A stretch of DNA of 56,274 nt, the filler included, from Bipalium vagum (Eukaryota): NCBI GenBank assembly GCA_037834085.1. It is 3 parts of 3 records of this genome, joined end to end, with 100 filler letters (N's around TTAATTAATTAA, not from the genome) between each part and the next. Parts side by side here need not be neighbours in the genome. Positions count along the whole stretch, not along the records: positions 1 to 17,731 come from JBBMKC010053595.1; positions 17,832 to 40,061 come from JBBMKC010225001.1; 1 more part is not named here. One strand, 5' to 3'. Positions within the stretch are counted from its first letter, which is position 1. Each line of letters starts with the position of its first letter. Below are positions 13,851 through 25,900 of the stretch, one piece after another. Made by a program: the position numbers and the translations under genes. A model generated the notes under the pieces. It made no database searches and was not told the DNA's origin. It saw nothing but the letters and a program-made list of their open reading frames with translations.

Positions 13851-16309
13851 CTTAACATTATATTTTCCTTAATTTTGGTTTAATGGTCATTTTAAAAGAT
13901 GTGTTAAAATAAAAGGAAATGAGGAGCATGGTACCCCACCTACCTGAATGGGGATCATAATGGGCATTATGTGATATTTCACTATGAGATGTTAGTTCTA
14001 TAAAGAGACTAATCAGACCATGGGAATTTAAAACAATGATTTTTTAAAGTCGTAACAGCAATCGTACTAAGAAAAATTAATAATTGAGAACTTCTGATAC
14101 AAGATATATACGTAATGGTAACAATATTGTTATTTTTTGAGATTTTCGGGTTTATTATTGGCACTGAAATCATAAAATTAATTAAACATGATAATGATTT
14201 TCTTTAGATGGATCTTTCCCATTAACATAAGAAATGAAACATTCTTATCACTTTATGAATGGAAGATAAGATTTCACTTAATGATGATGGGTAAGTTTTA
14301 ATTCGTTTTTTTCAGCTCCTTAGATTTGTTTTAGGTAGGCTTAAAGTTACTACAAAAAAGAGTTTCTTTTTTTAATATTATTTTCAATTTATGTTACTTT
14401 TATTTAAAGTAGAATGATGAAGGGTAAATAACGGAATAAAGGCCATTTAAAACGGAAAAAAAGATAATTCAATTTTAGGAAGTTGAGCTATAAGAGAACA
14501 TTTTCTGACCGATTAAAGTGCAGTTAACATGGAAATAACAGTTTAGAAAATAAAACGTCAATAAATTTTTTGAAAGAAATAATTCTTATTTGGATTTTAA
14601 TTCGCTAAATTTTTACCAATGAGAAACAAGTTAATTTATTCTTATCGAGCTGAAATCTTTAATTGTAGAGCATAAAATATTCAAGAAGGCGTTTCAGCAT
14701 CTATTGGTTATAAAGATTTCCGAATTTTTGAAAATTTGGAATCGTGGTTGTCCCCGGTCTGGGTGATCTTTATTGTCATAGAGAATGATTGAGATTTTTT
14801 GTTGACCAAATGAAAAGCCTAAATTTTTATGTCTCTGTTGCATTTTGTCAATTACTATCCAAAATCCTGTGATATCTATACCAAATAGTCACGATAAAAG
14901 AAAATACTCAATTCAATGACCAAATCACGGTAAATGAAGGATTTTTTTTATCGTATAGGATTCATTGCTTGTCGTATGTCGCAATTTTGTGCAAAATTAA
15001 CTACTTTTGTCAAAGGCAACTTCATAATACCGAATTTTTAATTTTTAGTTTATGCTATACTTTTCATAGGCTTCTTTCCTTTTCAAAATTTGATTTATAG
15101 TCTGAGCTATTGTAAAATAGTTGACATCAGGTTCTCCGTCTTGGTCTCTTTCGTTGGATTAAGTAAAATTGGATCCATTCAGAGATTTGATGAACTTCAA
15201 ACAAAATTCTTCGGCCTTAAGCTTGTTAGCAATCGCTATGAATTCCTCTGTACTTCCTTTAATTCCTAATGAATTAATATCTCTTATTGTTTGCATTGTA
15301 TTTCCCGAACGATCTTTAAGTGAGAAAGAAACATTATACCAAAAGTAAAATAAATTGTAATAAAGTAGAGAAGAGTGGAGAAAACATGATAACATTCATA
15401 AATAGTTTGTTGTAGCTTCTGATCACAGTGTGACACCCATTGTTCTTATATAAAACATTTGACAAAAATATTTAGAATTATTTATATTTTGAAGTCCCAC
15501 GCAAATTAATAATCATAAATAATATTAAAACAAAATATTATTTATGCACAAAAATGTTGTAATCTTATTTAATACATATTAAATTCATGTTTTCATTCTT
15601 TATAATATAAAATATTTTTCTTAATTTTTAATTTTAATTTTTTATATTTGTTAATTTAATTTATTGTCATAATTACAGGATAACATTTTATTATACATAA
15701 AATCTCTAAATTTGTTTGAATAATATTTATCATTTTATATTTTTATCCCAGTGAATTTATCATAACTGTCTGAGATTTTTGTAAAATCTTTCATTTTAAT
15801 TTGTGCGTACCACTTTTATTAAAGATTAAAATATGTGGGCAAACCCGTTACTTTTTGATTAATATAAAAATGTCATTTATTGAACTTGACTGGACGGAAT
15901 ATTTATTAATAACTTAAATTTAATTATCATTTAATTGGAAAATATTTTCACTGCTTATTTTATTACTTTATATTTTTTTAATAATTTTATACATAATAAA
16001 AAATAAATCTATATTTATTATTGGAAAATAAATTTTATCAGAATTTCTTTTCAGTTTCATCAATAATATTGAAAGCTTAATCAAAATTGTCATTATTTGA
16101 TCACTATTTAAAAAATATTTTTTAATTTGATCAACTTTGACAAATTGTTAATATGTAATTGAGTGATTTTACTGAGAAGCAGATTTGAGGAATTTACATT
16201 TATAATAATAATAATTATTATTAGTGAGTTATTATAAAAGAATGAAATAAAAAATCAAAAAAATTGACTGTTCCAACTGTTTCAGTCTAACAGGAAGCCA
16301 AAAATCTTG

Positions 16310-16746
16310 AATGGTAACTGATTGTAAAATTTCATGGATGCCTGAAATCGCAGTGCCAAATATGTCTTTAATATCACGAATTGTAATAAAATGATCTTCA
16401 GTGATAGTTTCTTGAGTAGACTGACATTTTCAGGCATTACTGTGATACAAAGGACGACCGGGGATGAGCTATCTTTAATGTTCTAACTCCTTTCTCTAAA
16501 TGCTTATTCCATAAGGTGACTGTGGCATATGATGAAGTACTATCCTAACTGATAACTAAAAAATAGGAATCGTCACTCAATTTCTGATAAAAATGTTATT
16601 TTTAATCAGTAAATCTAAAATATTCATAACAAGTCAACTATGCAACATGTAACTGTTGATAATATCTCAAAACTATAAATAGATTATGCGTAATCAAAAT
16701 AATAATGATACATTAATTGTTTTGCTTGTCAACCAACCTTCGTATA
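16310..16746 (-). mobile_element. mariner 5' fragment with TIR
   Basis: Terminus TA|TACGAAGGTTGGTTGACAAG on the minus strand, then decayed SYATVTLW..PGRP..TEDHFITIRDIKDIFG..GIHEIL. Confidence 0.72.
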
Positions 16747-17512
16747 TTTTATAACATGTTTTATTATTTGAAACACCTTACTTTTGTGCAATACATAAAA
16801 ATCGATGGAAACACTAATAAAAGCTCTCACGTTTCTATATTTTGATTGTATATTATAAAATATTGTTTTTTTAAAACGGAAGACAAACTTTTTCTGAGCA
16901 ATTCCTGAATTCCAAGTAGAAAATGCAAAACCTTTATAAACTAACTTGGTCCACTAAGTACTTTCTAAAATTTCCATCCGAAAAATTTTGCCTTTCAATG
17001 CCATAGAAACCGTTTCCATCAATCCCAATTCTCTTCCATCAAATCATTAAGTGGAACAATGACTTCAACGATTTTTAAGTCGAACTGACTTTTTGTAATT
17101 TGATAAGTAATTGAATGAGGAAGAGCAAGGCAGTAAGGGATACGATTCCACAAATAAATTTAAATGAGATGTCAGAGTCCAACAACGAAAAGTAAAGTTT
17201 GACAAAAGATTGATTATTGATAAAATATTTGACAATAAATTATTGAGAGAAAATCAAAATGTTACTGACAATTTTAGATTTTTGTTATTATTACTATTTT
17301 GTTTAAATGTATATCCACTTTTGGTTATAAAATATTACACATTGAATTTATTCAAATATAAATAAAATTAAATGTTTAAAATAAATAATAACAGTAATGT
17401 AATTAATCATTTCCTATTTCCTATTAACTATTATAAATATATTATTATTAAATAATTTATTTATTTATATTCAGTAACCCAACATATATTATAAAAGTGG
17501 AAATGGAAAAAA

Positions 17513-17731
17513 TACAGTGCAACCCGCTTAATATCACGGCGTCCGTTACAGAAAAAGTCATGATATTAACCATCAACTTGCTTTATATCATGATTCATGA
17601 TAATAACCAAAAAAAATGATTTTTTAAATATCGGAAAAAATACAAAAATGAAAAAATGAAAAAACATCAGAAAACGTATAAAATTTATTACTCCGAATTT
17701 TTAAACCAAGAATCAAGAGTTAATTGTTTTG
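17513..17731 (+). mobile_element. pogo/Tigger-like element end, cut by the assembly gap
   Basis: TA|CAGTGCAACCCGCTTAATATCAC followed by an inverted subterminal copy TGATATTAAC, a typical pogo-type terminus. Confidence 0.55.
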
Positions 17732-17831
17732 NNNNNNNNNNNNNNNNNNNNNNNNNNNNNNNNNNNNNNNNNNNNTTAATTAATTAANNNNNNNNNNNNN
17801 NNNNNNNNNNNNNNNNNNNNNNNNNNNNNNN
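17732..17831. other. Assembly gap spacer (N44-TTAATTAATTAA-N44)
   Basis: Exactly 100 nt and identical to the spacer at 40062-40161; the 12-mer carries stops in all six frames. Confidence 0.97.
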
Positions 17832-17898
17832 AAAATATTAATTAGTTTCTGATTGAATTTTTTCTCTAAAAAATCGAAAAAGCGACCGAAGGTCTAGA

Positions 17899-18662
17899 CA
17901 AAATATCAAATCTTTATCTCAAAAATTTTCAACATCATTTATTGTACATGGTAAAAAATCTTATATTATTTTTAAATTTCAAACTCCTTTAGTTCTTAAT
18001 CCTAATTTTAACTATGAATTATCATTAGTTTATTTTTCTACTTGTAATTCAATTTTTAATATTAATGAAAACAATAATAAAATAATTATAAAATTTACAG
18101 ATATTAAACATAAATCAAAAACTAAAAATATAAGTTTAACTCCAGGTGCATATGGAATTGAAGAAATGTCAAAAGTTATTGAAAATGTATTTAACTATGA
18201 TAAAGAACTAGAACCATTAAAAGAGAATGAATATTATATAAAAATAAAACCAAATCCAATTGTCTTATGAAAATATCAAAAGGTTGTTTTGTTCAATTTC
18301 CTAAAGAAATTTTTTAGCTACCATTTTAGGATTTATGGTAAAACTGAAAAAATTATACAAAAGGAATTCATAAATCTAAACCAGTTAATATTTCAAAAAT
18401 AAATAGACTTATGATTGATTGTAATATTAATGAAGGAGCATATTTTAACGGAGAAAGAACTAAAATAATTTTTGATTTTCCTTCAAATACTGTTCGAAAA
18501 AGATATAGAATTATTGAAAGACCAAAATTTCCAATTTATTTTCCTTTGATTACAAAAAAAATTAATGAAATAAAATTTAAAACAATTTATGATAAAGGAA
18601 AATTAATAGATTTTAATGGATAAGAAATTTGTTTTACAATTCACCTCAAACAAGTAAACTAA
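17899..18662 (+). pseudogene. Polinton/adintovirus-like minor capsid protein (penton), disrupted
   Basis: Reads FIVHGKKS..FQTPLVLNPNFNYELSLVYFSTCNSIFNINENNNK..LTPGAYGIEEM, then after frameshifts TILGF, HKSKPVNISKINRLMIDCNINEGAYFNG..YRIIERPKFPIYFP..GKLIDFNG*EICFTIHLKQV. This fits the motif pattern I recall for Polinton/adintovirus minor capsids. Confidence 0.75.
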
Positions 18663-18676
18663 AAAAATAGTAAAAA

Positions 18677-18930
18677 ATGGATAATAATTTTTGTTCAGAT
18701 TTTTTAGATGGTAACACAATTCAAATTAATAATCATAAAAACTTACTCACAATATTTAGAATGTTAATTATTGGTCATTCAGGATCAGGAAAAACAGTAT
18801 TATTATATAAAATGTTATTAACTCCAAATTTTATTGATAATAATAATTTGATTCTTTTTTCTTCAACCAGCATTTAAATATATAAAAAATTGTTTTGAAT
18901 TAGGATTATCAAAAAATAAGATTTGAATAT
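18677..18930 (+). pseudogene. Polinton/adintovirus-like A32/FtsK-HerA packaging ATPase, N-terminal fragment
   Basis: FRMLIIGHSGSGKTVLLYKMLL (hydrophobic strand plus Walker A), FIDNNNLILFSST, a stop, then KNCFELGLSKNKI in a shifted frame. Starts 14 nt after the capsid stop on the same strand. Confidence 0.78.
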
Positions 18931-19969
18931 TAACCATTTATAATAAGGAATTTTATAAAGGTTACTGTAGCGTATTTTCTTTTTGTTATTTGAGATAAAT
19001 TCCTAAATATGATAATAATAAATAAATATATTAATAATAATCTAAGTTTCTGTAAATTGTGCATTAAAATCTGGTTCTAAATCTACACTTACTAATGAAA
19101 GCTTATTCTATTATAGACTCACTTTATATTCTTGTCATCAGGCTTTTTGACAAATCTTATTATTTAAAACTTTACTTTTTAAAAAAATAATTGAATTTAC
19201 TGCAGTGATACATTACTTGTCAATTCTGTTTTTTATTCATTTTCTGCTCTTAAACTTACAATCGATAAGATTAAGTAGAATTTTATATTATAACTTTCAG
19301 GCTTCGTAAGTACGAGAAATTGCTTGCAAAAATAAACAAATAAATCTAAAAAAATTTTAAGCTTGGTGATAATATCGTAAATTATTTTAACATAAAGTAC
19401 GAAAAAGGAAAAGAACTAATGAAATTTACCAACCCTTGCTTTGAGGTATTGTAAACTATTCCTAATAATATTAAATATTTAATTTAAATAATTGACTTAA
19501 TGATTTCATTGAATAACTTAAACCTCATTATTCATAATCTCAAAATCGTTATTACCATCACCTGTTATTAACTTTGTTATATAAGTTAATTGATTTTGTC
19601 GATTTTCTACAATGTCATATATTAATATTTCAGAGATTCATGATACAAAAATATTATTTCGAATAAATCTCATTTTATTATCATCGTTTTTATTACACTT
19701 AAATTTAAAAATTGAGTTACTCTTAAATTTTATAGCACGATAAATTTGAGAAATATTTATAAAATAAGGTAGAGCTTTAAATCCCTGTATAATCCACTTA
19801 ATACACTGTTAAATAAAGAATTCTATAATTTATTGATAATTAAGATTAATTTATAAATATATTGTATAATAAGATCATTTCAATAATCTCGTTAAAAATA
19901 AAAATTAAGACAGAAATTTATTCGACTAAACACCAGTTTTATAAAATCAAGTAAACAAAGTTTGTAAAC

Positions 19970-22900
19970 TCATCCTAATGATGATGACAATAAAGCCACA
20001 CCTCTCTTATAGAAATCGTAACTAGAATCAGTAGTACTGAAGAAAAGAGTAAACAAGACAGTGGAACGAGCAGCATTCAAATATATAGGCAAACACACTT
20101 TATCTTCACTGGAACTTGCTTCAAGAGCCTGTTGCTGCGACTTTTCCATTCTAAAAATTTTAAATGTTTAATTAAATTATTAAATGAATCTTCATAATTA
20201 AAGTTTGCTTTTTCTTTTTTATGGATTATTAATTGATAACAATATTAAATAGAAAATCGAAGACAACATAAAATCAATGAAATAATTCATTTTCATGTAT
20301 TACATCATTTTCAGATATTAGTCAAACGTTTTCTCCGGTAAGAAAATCAAAAAATAATTTAAGAGATATCTCAATGAACCACTGACCTTATCCATTTCAA
20401 TCGACAAACATCAATATCTTTATAAATCGATGTGCTCAACTTGAGTGTTCGAGAATTAACAATTTCACTGCCCATCAATCGCAGTCCTGTGATGAGACAT
20501 GTATTGTTATCAGCAGGGCCTTCTCCAAGTTCAACATCTAAAAACAACTCTTCTAGTGCCCATTTATTCGATTGGGCGACAGATTGTCTAGTAGCGGTAA
20601 TGTATGCTTCTGCCATAAACAATCCGCCAAGCCATACCTAAGAAAAATTAAGAAATCAATGAGAAAACATGATAGATGAAATCGTTTTTACTTTGATACT
20701 TCTCAGAGCACTGACACCACTAGAAGCGGCCGTTTGGCTGATGTGGATGAGTTGTTTGATTCGATCGGCGAAATCTTGAATCCACTGAATGACCGTCAGA
20801 CCCGGTGGAATTGCATATCTTATCCAGGTTTTTGGTATGATTCCCTTAGCCAAATCAGACATCATCGATCTATGGTGATTGGTGGGTTTCTTAATGCCTT
20901 GACAAACCTTTAAAACGAATTATTGATTTTTTTTCCAAAAAAAAATAATTAATTTCCATACTTCAGCAACGTCTTTTAAATCCCTTCTAACCGCGATCAA
21001 TAAACTGCTACCAGAATTGACTTCTCTTTCAAAACATCGATACATTGGATCTTTAATGTTATCAGATGTTCTCTGCAAAGACGTTACGGATAACGGTAAC
21101 ATTTTCAACCATGTCTGTGTACTCTGGTACAATTGACGCATCCATGCTGGACGCCCATCCCCAACTTCAATGGTTCTTTTGGATTTCGACTGACCGACAA
21201 CGATTTCCTCGTCATCCTCCAATGATTGTTGCATTTTCAAAATGTTTCCAATCATCGATTGACCTGAAGAGCACAGTGATAAAATTAATATATTAACCAA
21301 ATAAAAAAGTTTCTTAAATTGATGGAGAAATGTTTCACTACACATTATATTTTAGAATCGTCAAAAGATCAATCTCAATTGAAAATATCACGTCTTATAA
21401 ATTATCTAATTAAAAAACTTAAAGCAAAAAACGACTTTAGAGTTTAGGAAGGATATTTCTTCCTTTTGAATATAAAATAGATGACTCATTCCAAAAATAA
21501 AATAAGTTTATTTTTCAACTTCAAAAATAATTTCCTTTCATTAATTGATCATATTTTTTTTTAGAAATTATTTGTTTCTCGTAAACCATTTTTTATAAAC
21601 AAAGAAATTCATACTTTAAAGTAATATTTAAAATATTATATATTTAACTGAAAAAAATAAATTAACTTCTTTCAAATTTATTTTTGATTTTTCAAATAAT
21701 CAATAAACATATTTTTCTCATTGACTGGTATCAATGCTTATAAATAAATAAAATCGTTGACATCAAATTAAATAGTATATCTAGAATAACAAAAATAATT
21801 TACCACTACACTACATCATATATAAAATAATATTGATTATGTTTGACTTCACAAAAAAATCCTAAACAAAAAAGACCAATACCGAAAAATAAACCGATGG
21901 CTTTTTGGTAAGTCACAAACCTTTTTCCTGTTTTGCATCCTCTGCTGCTGCTTCGTCGGAAGCAACCAAACTTAAAATGTCGCGTTTATACTTTCCCGCT
22001 AACAAATGTAAGAAAAATCGATCGTTAAAGAAATAGTACAAAATATTAAAAAAAATCTTTACATACCCAAATTTGTTAGCAAAACTTTCTCTGCAGAATT
22101 CGGCAATCCGAGCCACGATGGAGTTTGAGAATCCGGTAATTTTTGAACCCATTCTAAAATGTCTGTGTATTTCGTCGATTCTGGAAAAGAGATATTCATT
22201 CCATCATCGGAATCAGCGACCAATGCAAAATCGTGATCGAAACATTTTTCAATAAACAAGAATCCCAAGAATGATTTGAGAAGTCTTTGATCGAATGCAT
22301 TATCGATTTTTCCTCCATAAATACAAGACCCTAGTAAAGTCTGAAGAGCGACCCATGGAATTTTTTCTGGCGGAAGATTGGTCCTGCCCATTGCAGCATT
22401 ATCGACCCAAGTATCGATTGTGTCCAGAGCACATTTGAAATCGCTTTCACCAAACTCATACTTTTTCGAATAACCTAGTGGCACATATCGCAAACGTTCC
22501 TGGACAATGGCATTCAACCAAGCCAAAAGGAAATAAAGGCGCGATCGCTCTAGTGGTTCCTTTGACATTCTCTGATTGGGAATTGAAGATAAAGTTCTAA
22601 GCAAATTGGCCTTAATTCCTGGTGGAGGTTCAAATACAAGAACTCTTCCAGCTCGTAATAGATTGACTGGCAATTTTGGATTGATTTCCATAGTCAAAAA
22701 CAAACGGAAGCTTGGATGTGGCTGCAACGAATGAATCTTCTTTTCCAATGAAACCAGCCATGATGTAGCCAGATGAACATTTTTCAACATCACCCATTTT
22801 CCAGATTTAGCAGCTGCATTAATTGCCTTCTCAGCTTGGCTGAAACCTTCGGCAGATCCAATAGCGATTCCTGTCAGCTGTCTGTTCAATTCGACAGCCA

Positions 22901-25900
22901 GGTCTTCTACCCTGCCGCTTGGATCATATCCTTGCACGGCACACAACAATATTGGTACAGACGCTGTCACTTCCTTTTCTACAATGCCTTCTAAATCCAA
23001 AGTTCCCCTAACAGATTCGGTAAATTTTTCACTAAGAACAGCAGAAATAAATTTCTGGGAACTAGCCAATAATCGATCTGGTCTGATGGCTTGAATTGTC
23101 AAGAGATTGTACATTCCCTTTGCAATTTTCAACAATCGATTGTCATTATAATTGTTGTTATCAGTGTATAATTCAGGAACGTTGCTCTAAAATTAAGATA
23201 AATTAATATATTGATTTTTTAAAATATATATATTTACTTCCGGAGTAACAGACACAATCCAGGTTTTAAATTCAGGCGTCGAAAGTATTTTCTCTTCAAC
23301 CTTGGAGAACACCTTCAATTTTTTCAATCGATAAACAGAATCAATTTGATCTTGGTGCAAATTTAAACCGAGACTTTCCAATTTACCGGAACCGGTCGAA
23401 ACCAAAGCAGCTTCTTGGCTGCGAAGAAAGTGTTGGAACTCATCTTCTAAAAATCCACTCGGAGTACTACCTTTCAAGAAAATTCTAGCCAAAATTGTCG
23501 CAAATGTTATTTGATCTTCATGAAGCATTCCTCTGGCTATTCTGTTGTAAGTTACTTGAAACAAATTTTTTGTGATTATGTTTAATCGTTGTTTACAATC
23601 ATCAACATCTTTCAACTCTGGATTATCAATCAATACAGATGAGAAAATGTCCAGCATCAATTGTAAAGAGTATTGATATAGAAAATGAATTTGATTCATG
23701 GCCTCCAGTGTGAAATAAATGTTGGAACAAGACTGTGCAAGTGGCACATATTGTGTAGACACATTTTCAACTTCTTTCATTACTATATCCGTTTCCTCGA
23801 CCTTTTTCGCTACATCTGCAGCTTCTTTTTTCAAAGTCTCCAGTCTGGCAATAATTTTATCATTTTCCAATAGATTACCTTGAGCCTCGTTCAATGATTG
23901 GAGCAAATCTTTTTCCAAATGTCTCAACTTCAACTGAAATTCACCTTGAATCTTTAACAGATCCGATCGCTTTTTATCGATATCTGGTCGTTCGATTTTC
24001 AAAACAGCATTTAAGCATTGGTTCTGGAGACTACTGCGTGTTACAGTAAAATTAACAAATGTGACTCGAGAACAAATGTCAGGAGCGAACTCAACAGATG
24101 GATCACGAGTTGATAAAAATATCGTGAATGTCGGTGATAAATCGATATCCTGATCACCAAGTGTAATTAGAGTTCTGCCTCCAGTTCGTCGAACTTCTCT
24201 GTTCAAAACAGGATTCAAGATCGGATCATACGATTCAACATCTTGCACAAGGAGTGGAGTTCCGAATCGCAAAGCTGATTCCAATGTTTTTCTGAAACTA
24301 TCATCGAGGAAAGATGTTTTCGTTATTTTCTTTCCTTTATATTCATTTAATAAGAATGTGGTCGCTTGACCACTTGGATCGATAATCAAAGGATATCTAT
24401 TGTATCGACGTAAAATTATTGCATTTTCCACACACAAATCGTCGGCAGGAAGTGAATTTGCTTGCCAGCGCAGCCTATCATCTGGATTTGATAAATATTC
24501 AACTCGTGCCAAATCAGATCGGAACAATATGTCAGCTTCAGATAAATGATGACACCACGTATTAAACAAACTGGTACGCATATGCTGATCAAAATATCCC
24601 CCATATGCCATAAAAGCACTAGACAACAAGCAATCCCCGTTAATGGTTGCCATTTGAGATTTAAATGTTTCCGATCCGCTGTCCCATCTTGTTCTTTCAG
24701 CACTAAGAGATTCTAATAAGGCCACTGATCTACCCACCTATGATAATAATCATTTATTTTTTCTTTATTGATTTATCGAGAGATTTTTATGTACCTTTCC
24801 TTCAACTGACGCTAAATCAGTTTTAATGGTTTGCGCTTGACTAATCAATGCTGCATATTCCTCGGTATATCTGGCAATACTTTTTTCCAGTTGGGCAATA
24901 AGTTCTTCTGTTTCTTGAGACTTCTTTCTATTTTGTTCAGCAGCTTCGCTTAGCTCAGTCAATTCATTCCTCAACGGTTCAACTCTTTTCAAAATATCAG
25001 CATAACTTATCTAACAAAAATACTTTTTATTTTCTATTTTCAATTTTTCTATAAAACGTTAACTTTTAATCTTTTATTGGTTTATTCAAGTTATATCTTA
25101 TTAATTTTTAACTAGTTTGATTCTTTATCGATTTCATAAAAAATAAATTATAACATAAAAACCTTTTAATATATTAATTTTAATACTGAGAATTAAAATA
25201 AAATTGTAATATACATATAATAACACTTTTAAAATTTTAATTTAAATAATATCTCAAAAATAATGTTTTATACTTAACATATACAATATCTTCACATTAA
25301 AAGAACAAAACAAACTTGAGCTATAACCCATTTGACCATGGGACCACAAGCGTTACTGGCTTTGTTGACTTTATCGAAATTGAAATCTGGATTACTTAGA
25401 TATTTCTTTTTCATGGTTTCTCGAATAGAATCGCTACAATTAAGAGTTTTAATCAAAAATTTTCACAAATTGAACTTTATTTAAAAAATAATCATTTTAA
25501 AGACTCACGTAACGTCATCGGTATTGAAATTGAGAATGCTGGGAACAAAATTGTCTTTGATGATAACTTTAAGTATCGATTGCCAATCTGTAGTTTTTTC
25601 TCCCAACAACAAGCAAATAGATTCAACAGCCATTTTAACCATAACGGGCGGATTTTTCATGGCCTTGATTTCTTGAATGTCTTTCTTTCGAATATTTTGA
25701 ACGGCTATTAAATTTTAAATAATCATGAATTATGGGATATTCGTGAATCAATTCCTACCTTGTTTGGCTTCATTAACCGTTGGCTCAACCTGATCCAACT
25801 CTAATCGAACAGTCTTTTGTTTTTCGTTTACAAACTGTTCCTGTTTTGCCAATTCTTCCTTTAAAGTCTGTCCTGTAGCCTTCTTTTGTTCAGCTTCCTG

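Noticed and set aside
17776-17787. Palindromic TTAATTAATTAA inside N runs (also 40106-40117)
   Set aside because: Identical 44+12+44 structure at both gaps; this is an artificial six-frame-stop scaffolding linker, not biology.
19040-19300. Possible continuation of the Polinton-like element
   Set aside because: No further viral motifs; the minus strand only weakly resembles a hAT C-terminus (VDLEPDF), too weak to call.
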